From contig OZ360225.1 in the NCBI GenBank assembly GCA_977017645.1, positions 15,562,001 to 15,626,000 on the forward strand: a stretch of DNA of 64,000 bases, written 5' to 3'. This document shows positions 51,783-63,708 of the stretch, piece after piece. Origin of the DNA: Torpedo marmorata. Its lineage: Eukaryota. Both the position numbers and the translations under genes were made by a program. Position 1 is the stretch's first letter; every line of letters begins with the position of its first letter. A model generated the notes under the pieces. The model was given only the letters and a program-made list of their open reading frames with translations. It had not been told where the DNA came from and ran no database searches.

Positions 51783-52776
51783 TCAGAATCAGAATCAGAA
51801 TTTATTGTCATGAACAAGTCGTGAAATTTGGTGTTTTGCGGCATCATCATAGTGCAATTAACATTCATATTAACCATCTAACGACATTACTATACAAAAT
51901 TATAAACAACAGTGCACGAAAAGTAAGGCAGTGTCTTTGGTTCATTGATTATTCAGGAATCTGATGGCAGCGGGGAAGAAGCTGTCCTTGTGCCATTGAG
52001 TGCTCGTCTTTAGGCTCCTGTACCTTTTTCCCAATGGAAGCAGAGTGAAGAGGGCATGGCCTGGGTGGTGGGGGTCTTTGAGGATAGAGGCTGCTTTTTT
52101 AAGACACCGCCTCATGTATATGTCCTCGATGGAGTGAAGTTTGGTGCCTGTGAAGTCACAGGCCAAGTTAACAACCCTCTGGAGTTTACTCTTGTAACCA
52201 GCCAGAATGCTCTCCACGGTACACCTGTAGAACTTTACGAGAGTCTTTGGTGACATACCGAATCTCCGCAGACACCTCACAAAGTATAGCCGCTGACGAG
52301 TCTTCTTTGTGATTTCATCAATGTGGATGCTCCAGGACAGATCCTCGGAGATGTTGACACCCAGGAATTTGAAGTTCTTGACCCTCTCCATGACTGAGCC
52401 CTCGATGAGGACTGGGTCGTGTTCCCCTGACTTCCTCCTGAAGTCCACAATCATCTCCTTGGTTTTGCTGATGTTGAGCTCAAGGTTGTTGCCATTACAC
52501 CATTCAACGAGCTGATCTATCTCCCTCCTGTACGCTTCCTCATTGCCGTTTGTGATTCTGCTGACAACTGTGGTGTCATCGGAAAACTTGTAGATGGCAT
52601 TGGAATTGTGCCTGGCCACACAGTCATGGGTGTATAACGAGTAGAGCAGTGGACTAAGCACGCATCCGTGGGGTGCGCCTGTGTTGAAAATCAGTGAGGA
52701 GGAGATGTTGTTTCCAATTCGTACTGACTGTTGTCTTCCGATGAGAAAGTCAAGGATCCAGTTGCAGAGTGGGGTA
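51783..52776 (-). mobile_element. Rex1/Babar LINE nested in the Gypsy integrase
   Basis: Close copy of 25253-26287, with KFSDD and an (ATTCTG)n tail. Confidence 0.93.
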
Positions 52777-53670
52777 CTTCATTCACCTTTGATTAGCTCC
52801 TAATTTATAAACTATCTGCTGAAACAGCCCCGACATGAAATTACTTCCCTGGTCTGATTGAATCTCTTTAGGCAAACCGACTAAGGTGAAAAATTTTATA
52901 AGATCTTTTGACACAGGTTTAGCTTTAATATTTCTAAGTGGTATTGCTTCTGGAAACCTGGAGGCTGTACACATGACAGTTAACAAATACTGATTCCCAG
53001 CTTTTGTCTTGGGCAATGGGCCAACACAATCCACAATAACTTTAGAAAAAGGTTCATCAAAAGCAGGAATGGGTTGTAATGGAGCCACTGGGGGAACCTG
53101 ATTAGGTTTACCCACAACCTGACAAATGTGACATGCCCGGTAAAATGTCACAGCATATTTTCTTAAACTAGGCCAATAGAATTGTTTCTTAATCTTATAC
53201 ATAGTTTTCCTTACACCAAGATGACCACCCAAGGGCGTGCTATGGGCCAAGGTTAAAATTTCATCCCTATTGGCTTTAGGAACTACAACCTGGTGAACAA
53301 CTGCCCATTCTTCACTGACAGGGATATCAGGTGGTCTCCACTTCCTCATCAACACACCTTCCTTGAAATAATAGCCAACTGGAACTTTCTTAATTTCATC
53401 ATCAGAGAGAGCCTTATCTCTCACTTCAGTAAGATCGGGATCTTGTTCTGCCCCGCTATAAACTCTTTTCGGGATAACGACAAATCTTTACACTCGGGTT
53501 TAACACCAGAACTCTAGTCCAATAAAGAAGGAGGTAAAGTCTTTGGCCGGTCATTACAACCTGAGTGCTGTTTTGGACTATCACAGATTCCGGTCCATGT
53601 GAAATCAGTCTGCACAGGACCGTCTGCACTGGCAAGCTTTTTAGCTATAGCCCGAATCACTGCGCAGGCT

Positions 53671-53756
53671 GGATATATATCAGAATCTGTCTTTGTCTCA
53701 TCAATGACTGGCCTAGCTGTCATTGATGAGACAAAGACAGATTCTGATATATATCC
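53671..53756. repeat. Perfect 38-bp inverted repeat with 10-nt loop
   Basis: 53671-53708 is the exact reverse complement of 53719-53756. Confidence 0.97.
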
Positions 53757-55332
53757 TAATAACAACGAAACCCCTCCACTGGTATACTTGATTGGATCCC
53801 TATCGTAACAGGTCCATCAACTAATGCTGATTTCAACACTATCCTGTGCAGAGGTATCGGCTCCGGATCACCCCCCAGACCGCGAATTAAATTTATTTCA
53901 CCAGTGGCAGTCTCATCACCAAACTCCAAAACACTGTCCAACATGAGTGACTGGGCGGCCCCAGTATCTCGAAGGATTTTCACTGGCACTTGTAATGACC
54001 CTTCCTTTACCGAAACCAAACCCTCTGACACAAAATATTTGAACTCATCCCTAATGTTATCAGCAGGTCTGGAACCTTTTTGATTTCTATGTGTTTCATC
54101 TCTTTGAATACAGGCATCTGGTGCTGCCTCCTTTTCTTTCTTTTTTCTCAGCACGGAACAATTTACTGTCATGTGACCAGGTTTCTTACAATAGTGGCAA
54201 AGTGGACCTGAATGTTTTTCCTTTACTTGCTTCCCTTCATATTTACCCATAGCACTACTTCCCAATTTATTTTCTAACTTATTTGGATAGTCCATATTAC
54301 CCTTTTGGAAGGTTCTACTTGGTACAAACTTAACATTGTGGGTTAAAGCATACTCATCTGCTAATTTAGCAGATTCCTGCCAAGTTTCCACTCCCTTTTC
54401 GTCTAAATATGCTTTTATGTAATTAGGAACACACCTTTTAATTTCTGAAACTAACACCAGCTCTCTCAGTCTGTTATAATCATCATTTATTTTTTTGATG
54501 TGCACCATCGGTCAAAGCACACAGCTTTGTCATACGCAAAATCCATATAAGACTGGTTCACCGATTTTCTCAAATTCCTGAATTTTTGCCTATAAGCTTC
54601 TCGAACCAATTCATAAGCTTTAAGCATGGCTTGCTTTACAGTCTCATAATCAGCAGCTTGTTCGGTTGTAAGGGCAGAGTAAGCCTGCTGAGCCTTCCCT
54701 TTAATCACGCATTGTAACATGAAGAACCAATGGTCTTGTGGCCACTTTAAACTCTCAGCAACCTTCTCGAAATACTGGAAGTATTTATCAATCTCAGCCT
54801 CATCAAATGGAAGAACTAACCTAACCTCCCGACTGGCCACAAACCTCTCACTAGGACCAGAAGGTGGAACTCCGTTTCTCATCTTCTCTCTCTCAAACTG
54901 CCTTTGTTCTCTCTCCGCGTCAAATCTACATTTTTCTAACTCTAACTCAAATACACGTAGCTCAAACTGCCTTTGCTTCTCTGCTTCCTCCGCCTCAAAT
55001 CTACATTTTTCTAACTCAATCTGTTCCAATGCTGCTCAAGGGATTTACTCTTGGGAAACTGTTCTAACTCCTCGTCTCCAAACTTCCCCGCCGGATCTCT
55101 GCCTTTTTCATAGATGATTTTATCGCAACAAGTCCCAACTTTTTGGTAATAACCACCAACTCATCCTTTTTCGCCCTCTGCAAACCCACAGAGAATGGTG
55201 ATTTACAAAACTCATCAATATCTATTGCTGCTGTTTTCCCACACAGCCACAAGCCTTTTAATTGGCTTTCAAAAAGGAATTTAATCAATCAAATCAAAAA
55301 TCAATTGATCAATAAGCTCCAATTTTGGTCAG

Positions 55333-55350
55333 ATCCCAGACGAGCCCCCA
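55333..55350 (-). promoter_or_regulatory. tRNA-Pro primer-binding site
   Basis: Minus strand reads TGGGGGCTCGTCTGGGAT, a 17/18 match to the canonical tRNA-Pro PBS TGGGGGCTCGTCCGGGAT, 3 nt inside the 5' LTR boundary. Confidence 0.9.
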
Positions 55351-55353
55351 ATT

Positions 55354-55487
55354 TGTTACGTTGCAGACCAGCAGCAATGGAAATTCACCAAGGCAGTGTT
55401 ACATTTTTCTTTTAAAACACTATATTTATTGGTAACTACTAATAATATAACACATTAGTCAAATCAAAGCCGCCTATGGGCAAATAT

Positions 55488-55541
<54 letters not shown>

Positions 55542-56173
55542 ATACCCAAACCATTACAGCTTAGGCACAATTCTGGAAAGTCATTCCAAAGTTCAGTCTT
55601 ACAAATCCATTGTCGAAATGCAGACTTTTAAACTGATGCACAGAAGTAATCACGAAGGAGATGGGAGAGACTGAGTGACCAGACTGCCGAAAACTCATGA
55701 ATCCTCATCGAGTTTCTTCCAGAGAAATATCCTTTCAGACGAACGGTTGTCACAACTCCCCTTTTCCTTTCGTAGGGGAAACAAAATGCGTGACTTCCAC
55801 GATGCTTCCAAAACTCAGGTACGGGTCAATCAAAGTGACCTTTCCTTTGGTCACGGTGGGGTTCAATAATTCCCCTGACAGGGAGAATCAGCCGAATTGT
55901 CCATTATCACACAGAGTCATTCCTGCTCAGTGTTCGATGAGATGGCCGCTGGTCATAAAGTGTTGTTTCTTCAGTGTTCCACACACAGGACTCTCTCTCA
56001 CCACCTGTGTCCCTGGAAAAAGCACCCTATGTCCTTTCTCCTCTCCAAAGTAACGAATTTGGTACAGACTGTACGAGCTGATGCCACCCAGTCTCTCCAA
56101 AGCTGTGAATGGTTGAAGCCTGTACTAGCCCTTAAAGTGATACTCACACTAAATGAAACCAGAGCTCGTAATA
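55354..56173 (-). repeat. Gypsy 5' LTR, with (TG)n microsatellite at 55491-55540
   Basis: Direct repeat of 42521-43385, adjacent to the PBS. Confidence 0.95.
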
Positions 56174-56423
56174 ACATAAAGTGGAAGGTGACTGCAATGG
56201 GCTGCCAGGAGTGGAGGCGGAAGCAGATGCAAAAGCAACATTTAAGTTGCTTCTAGATGGACACATGAATATGCAGGGAATAGAGAGGTAGATAACATGT
56301 TCAAGCAGCAGAGTATTAGTTTAATTTGACCATATTCGGAGCAGGCCTCGTGGGCTGAAGGGCCTGTTCCTGTACTGTACTGTTCTGTGTGGGTTGCGTT
56401 AATGAGCAATTGTATTCTAACAG

Positions 56424-56535
56424 AGAGGATGTGAGCCGACTCCAATCACTACGCCGTGTAGTGCGTCAGGAGGTCACAGAAATGGAAGTTCAGCTTGAGG
56501 ATTGGGCTCGACAAGTTAGAGAAGTAATGAAAATG
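56424..56535 (+). CDS. ITPRID1: ITPRID1 coiled-coil exon: (R)EDVSRLQSLRRVVRQEVTEMEVQLEDWARQVREVMKM
   Basis: ctaacag acceptor and ATG|gtaagt donor. The phase-2 start completes the AG|A codon from 33303. Resembles CCDC129 LQTLREALRQQVAELEFQL. Confidence 0.92.
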
Positions 56536-56819
56536 GTAAGTTTAATATTATGTGAAACCATTAATCCCAGGTTACTTTAAATTACAGCTTTTACCAGACC
56601 TGTTGTTCTCCTTTGGGCCAGGACATTGAACTGTTATCTGCCTAATTTCTTAAAAAATATATTTTTTGTTTTGCAAGTAGTCCAGATTCGCAGAAGTAAA
56701 TAGTGCAAATTGTGAGTCCTGTAGGTTAATATGTTGTCTTGTATTGTTAACAGATCTCTCCACGTTGAGATCTGCCATCATTGTCTTACTTCTCAAAAGC
56801 CAACCTAATCTTACCTGGA

Positions 56820-57800
56820 TGCAATGAACAAAAATGTTGGAGAAACTCAGCAGGTCACACAGCATCAATAGGAAATAAAGGGTAACCAACGTTTCAGGCC
56901 TGAGTCCGTCGGTAAGGTATGAGCAAAAAACAGGCAGGCTCCTAAATAAAAAGGTGGGGGTGGGGGGGGGGGGGAAGGAAATGAGATGAGAGGAGAAAGG
57001 GGCAGGGAGAGGAGCACAGTCTAACAGGTAAGACATCACAGGTGGATACAAGTGGAAGGGTAGAAGAGAAAAAAGCTTAGGTGATAGGGGGAGGGGGTAG
57101 CTCTCTGATCACATCAACCTCCAATTTCTGTTAAAAACCCTCTCCCAAGTCTCTCTCCTTTCCTTTCCTCCAGCTCTCCACCCCTTCTCTCCATTCAGAG
57201 AGCTACCATCTCCCCCTATCACTCCCGAGCTTCTATCCTTTTGTGCATTGCATTCAACCCCATCATCTGCGGACTTTCCAGTTTAACTAATTCTCCCTGG
57301 AATCTGTCTGTGCAATTCTTACCTCCCTTTTGTGATGGAGCAAAAGATAGCATATGTAGGAATCTGAAATCGAGTCGGCAGGAATCACTCACAGGTCAGG
57401 CAGCATCAGTGCCGAGAGAAATTGTTGACATTTTGGGTCAAGGAGTGGCGGGGGGGGGGGGGGGGCGGGGAGGAGTGGAAAGTACAGAGGGAATGTATGT
57501 GATAGAATTCAAACCAAAGTTGTGAAGGGAACAATTACTTTAAAAACCAGCAGCTGAACACCAAGCAAAGGAAAACAATCGAGTCAGAAAGTAAACACTG
57601 CATTTATGGAAACAAAATGGTGGTCATCTGAAATATAAATCCCGAGGGCTTCAGTGTTCCCAGATGGAAGATTCCTTGAGTTAATATTGGGCAGCATTGG
57701 GCCAATGTTGTAGGCCAATGGCAGAGAGGTCAGAATGTGTTGGGGTAGAGAATGAAAGTGACAGGAAATTGGAGGCTCAGGATGGATATCCATCGTCCAC
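56820..57800 (-). mobile_element. Penelope-like remnants with local inversion
   Basis: Terminal motif at 56830-56920, inverted pair ~57070-57108 / 57194-57232, and a degenerate GIY-YIG end (LGTLKPSG) near 57640-57665. Confidence 0.55.
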
Positions 57801-57899
57801 CAGTCCATCTTCAACAAACACCCCCTTTTCACAACACTTTACTGTACAACCACTGAAGGTGCAAACCTTACCCTTTTACCACTTCCCTTTTCATTGTCC

Positions 57900-59824
57900 G
57901 GGGCCTCAAGCAATTCCAAGGAAAGCATCCAGTCCGGATGGAGGACCCAGCCGAGTTCTGAAAACCTGTGCTGACCAACTGGCCAATGTATTCAAGGATA
58001 TCTTCAACATCTCACTCCAGCAAGGCGTGGTACCCACCAGTTTCTAACAGACTTCAATCATACTGGTGCCCAAGAAGAGCGTGGTAACCTGCCTCAATGA
58101 CTACCAACCAGTGACACTCACATCCACAGTGAAGTGTTTTGACAGGCTGGTGTTGACACATATCAGCTCCTGTCTGATTGGCAACATGGATCCATTCCAA
58201 TTTGCCTATCACAGCAACAGATGCCAGTTCTACACAAAACTCTGGAACATCTGGACAGTAAAGATGTATACATCAGGATGTTCTTTATTGACTACAGTTT
58301 GGCATTCAACACCATCATTCCCTCAAATCGGATCAGCAAACTTCAAGACCTGGACCTCAATACCCCACTGTGCAATTGGATCCTGGATTTCCTCATCTCC
58401 AGATCCCAATCAGTGCAGATTGGCAAGAACATCTCCTCCACAATCTCCATCAGCAGCAGAGCACCACAGGGCTGTACACTTAGCTCCCTGTTCTATTCGC
58501 TATACATCTATGACTGTGTGGCTCGATACGGCAACAACATTTCTAAATTTGCTGACAATACCACCATATCGCTCCATAAGAAGGGGAGATGAGTCAGCAT
58601 ACAGGAGGGAGATTGAAAACTTGGCTGATGGTGTACTAACAACAACCTCTCGCACAAATTCATCAAGACCAAAGAGTTGATAAAGAAGGTTCTGAGGGCA
58701 AGAAGGGTTCCCAAAAGGCCTCAGATACTGAAGGCACCCTGATCATATCAGAGGTTTGGATCTGGAGCTCGGGTTGCCAATGGTTTGAATAGGGGTCAGT
58801 GCGGCTACAGAAGCTGCAGGAGCGCTGAAGGTGAATCTACGGACACTCAGTGACTCTGAAGGGATTCTCTTTTGCTTCTCTTTCTCTCTTATTGTTAGGG
58901 GCGCCGGACAATGCTCAAGGTGACTCTTTGTTTGCCTTACTGCAGACCAAATTGTTGTATATCATGTATATTGCATGTTTATGTATTATTATGTGACAAT
59001 AGAAGAAACCTTGAACCTTGACCTTGATTATAGACTTTAAGAAAGGAAAACCAGAAATGTACAATCCAGTTATCATTGGGGATCAGAGGTGGAGGGAATG
59101 AGTAAATTTAAATTCCTGGGAGTCACTATCTCGGAGGGATTTTCCTGGACCCAATATAATGTCATTGTGAAGAAAACACATCAGCGCCTCTACTTCCTCA
59201 GGAATTTGCGGAGGTATTGGTATGTCATCGGAAAGCTTGGCAAACTTCTACAGATGTGAGGTGAAGTATGCAGACCAGCTGCATCAGGGCCTGGTATATG
59301 GGCACCAATACCTCTGAGCGGAAATCCCTGCAAAAGTTACTGAACATAGCCCAGTTCATCACAGGCAAAATTCTTCCCCACCATCGAGAACATCTCCATG
59401 GAACGCTGCCGTCAGAGAGCAGCAGCAATCATCACGCATGCTCTCAGACATGCTCAGACATGCTCTGTTCTCACTGCTGCCATCAGGAAAGAGGTATAGG
59501 TGCCATAAGACTCCTACCACCAGGTTCAGGAACAGTTGCTACCCCTCCACCATCAGACTACCAAACAACACACTCAATCAGAGACTCATTTAAGGGCTCT
59601 TAGTTTGCATATTATTTATTAATGAATATTTTTTCTGTATTGTACAGTCTGTTTGTTTACATTTCTTTCTTTCTTTTTACATTTCTCTCTTTTGCATCCT
59701 TCATCTTGACTACAGTTTAGTTACCGATAAGTAGAAATTCTGCCTGGCCCGCAGGAAAACGAATCTCCGGTTTGTATGTGATGTCATGTATGTACTCTGA
59801 CAATAAATCTGACCTTGAACTTGA
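57900..59824 (+). mobile_element. Older Rex1/Babar LINE, interrupted by a GC-rich retroposon
   Basis: [10 protein letters not shown]...IFNISL, PKK...[16 protein letters not shown] and KFAD, with AATAAA and a CTTGA-type tail. Confidence 0.85.
58685..59027 (+). mobile_element. GC-rich retroposon, 3' part
   Basis: Matches 42080-42400 and has a (CCTTGA)n-like tail. Confidence 0.75.
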
Positions 59825-60339
59825 TCCTTCCAGATGAAGTAACACTTCAATATATCTTCCAATCAAGTGGATTGCATTTAGTGCTCTGCACAGCTGTTTT
59901 ATCCAACTGAGATATAACTTACCAAAAGGCAACTTGAGAGGAACTAGAAGTTCAAAAAAGACTGTGAAGGTTCAAGTATATTCTCAATAATGGAAAATCT
60001 AGCCACTCCGCTCTCTTGACCATCCCTCCTCCCATACAAATACACACATCCACACTCCAAAAGCAATCATACAGGTTTGGACTTATGGCTAAACTGATGG
60101 ATCTGTCGGGAAAACGAGGCAAGCAATAGCCTGATATGGTCATTCCCGGGGCTTGAACTTCTCAATATGATCTACCATCCATATTCATCCCATGGTCTCC
60201 CAAAACCTGTACAACATCCTTATTAAACCAGTATGAATGTAAGGTGTACTTTTCCTCAACCACCCTAATCCTGGAGTCAGGAGGCAAGCATCAGCAGCAA
60301 CTACCTCAGCTGGTGTACTGATGAGACTATGTCCTGTAA

Positions 60340-61752
60340 CATACATATAGGAGCAGAAATAGGCAATTCAGCCTGAGTTTGCTGCGCCATTCTATCATGA
60401 GCTGATCCATTTTCCCACTCAGCCCCACTGCCCAGCCTTCTCCCCATAACCTTTGATGCCCTCTCTAATCAAGAACCTGTCAATCTCTGCCTTAAGTACA
60501 CCCAATGGCTTGGCCTCCACAACCGCCTGTTGCAACAAATTCCACAGATTTACCACCCTCTGGCTCAAGAAATTTCACTGCAGCTCTGTTCTAAATGGAT
60601 GCCCTTCTATCTTGAAGTTGTACCCTCTTGTCCTAGACTCTCCCACCATGGGAAACAACCTTTCTACATCTACTCCATGCCTTTCAACATTAGAAATGTT
60701 TCAATGAGGTTCCCCCCTTGTTCTCCTAAATTCCAAACAGTACAGGCCAACAACCATCAAAAATGCTTCTCGTATGTTAACCCTTTCATTCCCGAAATCA
60801 TCCTTGTGAACCTCCTCTGAACCCTCTGAAGAGGAACTGCTTTTCCCAGAGAGTTGTGAAGCTATAGAATCAATAGTGGTGAATATATATATATATATAT
60901 TTATAAGACACAGTTAGGAACATTTTTGAAGAATATGGGAATTAAGGGTTATGCGGAAAAGGCGGGTAAGTGGATAAGATTCCACAGCCAGATCAACCAT
61001 GATCTTATTGAATGACAGAGCAGGCTCGACAGGCCAGATGGCCGACTCCTGCGCCTACTTATGGTCTTATGTTTCACCTCCTGTCAGTCAAGACTTTGCA
61101 AGAGTTTTTCATTTGACAAAACAACTATTGTTTTTTTTAAACACATTTAAAACTAAAGTACAAATAAATATGTAATATTGGTGGGGGAGCCCACCATCAC
61201 ATTTTCCAAAGGAGACAAAAAAAACAACCAACTTCATCTGAAGTTTTCCTCAAGAATCAGGAAACAATTGCAATTTGGATCAAGGCTTTAATATTTTAAG
61301 TTAACTGCAAACGATAGATGACAGCTCTTGGATTGTACTCCTTGGAGTTCAGAAAAATGAGGGGGGACCTCATAGAAGCATTTTGAATGTTGAAAGGCCT
61401 GGACAGATTAGATGTGGCAAAGTTGTTTCCCTTGGTAGAGGAGTCAAGGACAAGAGAAACACAACTTCAGGATTGAAGTGCGCCCATTTAAAACAGAGAT
61501 GCGGAGAAATTTCTTTAGCCTGAGAGTGGTGAATCTCTGGAATTTGCTGCTGTGGACCACTGGGGAGGCCAGAGCATTGGATGTATTTAAGGCAGAGATT
61601 GATAGGCTCATGATTAGCCAGGGCATCAAAGTTATGGAGAGAAGGCCAGGCAGAGGGACTGAGTGGGAAAATGGATCAGCTCATGATTAAATGGCGGGGC
61701 GGACTCGACAGGCCGAATGGCCTACTTCAGCTCCTCTGTTTTGTGGTCTTAT
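60340..61752. mobile_element. Cluster of CR1 3' fragments (60340-60830 minus; ~60830-61070 and 61330-61752 plus)
   Basis: RNFFSLRVVNLWN motif and CR1 3' UTR hairpin/tail in both orientations. Confidence 0.8.
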
Positions 61753-61819
61753 GAAATAATAATTACTCATTATTATTCAATTATCTGCTCCTATTTCGTG
61801 TTTACAAGATTCCATGTTT

Positions 61820-63197
61820 TTTTAAAATATTTTATTTAAAATTTTTAAATCACACAGTACATAGTTTAAAATGCAAAATTATCAAATTACATGTGATTCA
61901 TTTTCACCCCCCCTTCCTTCCTCCCTCCCTCCCCTCCCTAACCCTCCCGAAAAGAAAGAAAGAAAGAAGAAAAAGATAAAGTAAGGAGAATGTCAATCTA
62001 AAAAAGAACAACTATAAACTAATTTTATTGTGGAACACAGGTTCGCCAGTCAGATCCGATATCCAGAGATCTTCAAATCCTTAAACCGACAGTTTTTATA
62101 TATGGCCTCCATATTTTCAAAAAGAAATGATATTTATTACGTAAATTATAAGTAATTTTTTCAAGTGGTATACATGAACGAAGTTCTACATGCCATCTTT
62201 CTAACCCTAAATCTACATCAGATTTCCATGTAATAGCAATGCATTTCTTAGAAACAGCTAAAGCAATATGCAAAAATTCTGTTTGATACATATTTAATTT
62301 CATCTTAACACTAATTCTTTTAATATCTCCAAACAAAAATATCATAGGATCCATTGGGTGTGTAATTCTTAATACTTTATCTAAAAACTTTTTAACTTTC
62401 AACCAAAAATCATATATCTTTGGACAAAACCATGTAGAATGTACAAAAGAACATCTAAAACATAAACCAGATAATGTCGGATTAAATTTCTTTAATTTTT
62501 TAGGTGTTAAATATAATTGATGAAAAAAATTATATTGCACTAATCTATATCTAACGTTAATAATGTTCGCATTACTTTGATGTTTGATTTAGGAAAATCT
62601 TCTGCTTGGATTAGAATAGAATTAAATAATATAGGAGAAGATTTGAAAGAAGAAGTTATTTATAAATGGAATTCTAAATTATTATTAACAAGAGGGAAAA
62701 ACTCTCCTATTTTTAAACATTTGTTAAAAATATGGAATAGAGTGGATAGAGAGATAGGAGTGAAAGGGTTAATTTCTCGAAAAATGCCTCTGTATCAAAA
62801 TAAACTTATTCCATTTACTGTTGATAATCAATTATTTAAAATTTGGTTCCAAAAGGGAATTAAGAAAATAAATGATTGTTTTGAAGCTAGTAAATGTATT
62901 ACTTTTCAAAGAATGAAAGATAAGTTTAATGTATCAAATAATACACTTTTTGCTTATTATCAAATCAGAGCATTTTTAGTTGAAAGGTTGGACTATAGTT
63001 TGACTTTACCAAGACAAAATGAACTGGAATTATTAGTTACTAATGGAGGTGTAAATAAATTTATTTCTCAAATGTATAGATTGTTACAGAGGAAAATGCC
63101 TAAACTAGGAATTCATAAATCAAGATTAAATTGGGAATCAGATGTGAATGTAACAATAGACGAAGAACATTGGAAAGAATTATGTAAACAATGTATG
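61820..63197 (-). mobile_element. L1 insertion with inverted 5' segment
   Basis: Minus-strand 3' part 61820-~62570 and plus-strand upstream ORF2 segment ~62578-63197, enclosed by a 16-bp TSD ACAAGATTCCATGTTT (61804-61819 / 63198-63213). Confidence 0.92.
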
Positions 63198-63375
63198 ACA
63201 AGATTCCATGTTTGACATATTGCTTTGCCTTCATATTGAATTTCAGTAAATGTTTTGAACTGTTTGAATTGTGTTTAATTCCTTTGCAATCATTTCTGAC
63301 TTCGATAATTTGTGGAAAGCATTGATGATGTGATCTGAAGCATTAAAATAGTGCAAAACCTGCTTCTTTCAAAAG

Positions 63376-63708
63376 ATGCTGAGTTTGTTAGATGAACAGT
63401 CTTATCTCCTCTCACATCTGGAAGTGCTGAAGCAAACAGAGGGTGCTGCATCAGAGGGTCACGTCTGTCCTTCATCCATCGACATTTCGTCTCCACCAGC
63501 ACCAGTCACCCGCTCACAGGAGTTGCAATTAAATAAAGGAACAAGTTGCTCAAAGCATTCTACGTTAGGAGAAGGTCTGCTCAATTCAACAACCTCAAAC
63601 AAAACGGACACAGAAACATGTTCAGAAGCTATAAAAGGTACAGTGACAACAGAAAAAAAGCAAGGCCATCAAAACGAAATATTGGATTTCAGAACCATCC
63701 TCCAACAT
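63376..63708 (+). CDS. ITPRID1: Probable ITPRID1 penultimate/last exon (MLSLLDEQSYLLSHLEVL...)
   Basis: ttctttcaaaag acceptor, phase 0 matching the 56535 donor, and it continues the helical pattern. There is a donor CAT|gtaaga at 63708; otherwise the frame stays open to TAG at 63912. Confidence 0.7.

Larger units (their letters stand above)
42521..56173 (-). mobile_element. Gmr1-like Gypsy LTR retrotransposon (PR-INT-RT-RH order), degenerate, with nested insertions
   Basis: Paired LTRs, 4-bp TSD ACAT (42517-42520 / 56174-56177), PBS 55333-55350 and PPT 43386-43394. Domains: gag with CHYCKKPGHMTVNC, protease LRDTGA, integrase (HHCC, DCVGPLP, SDQGSNF, HVNMLKPY), then RT (YIDDL) and RNase H (LAVDA). 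Confidence 0.93.

Noticed and set aside
55333-55350. tRNA-Pro gene
   Set aside because: Only the 18-nt 3' end including CCA is matched. Its position beside the LTR identifies it as a PBS.
42521-56173. Endogenous retrovirus or Copia element
   Set aside because: There is no env, and the RT, RNase H and integrase motifs are Gypsy-type. Only the domain order is copia-like.
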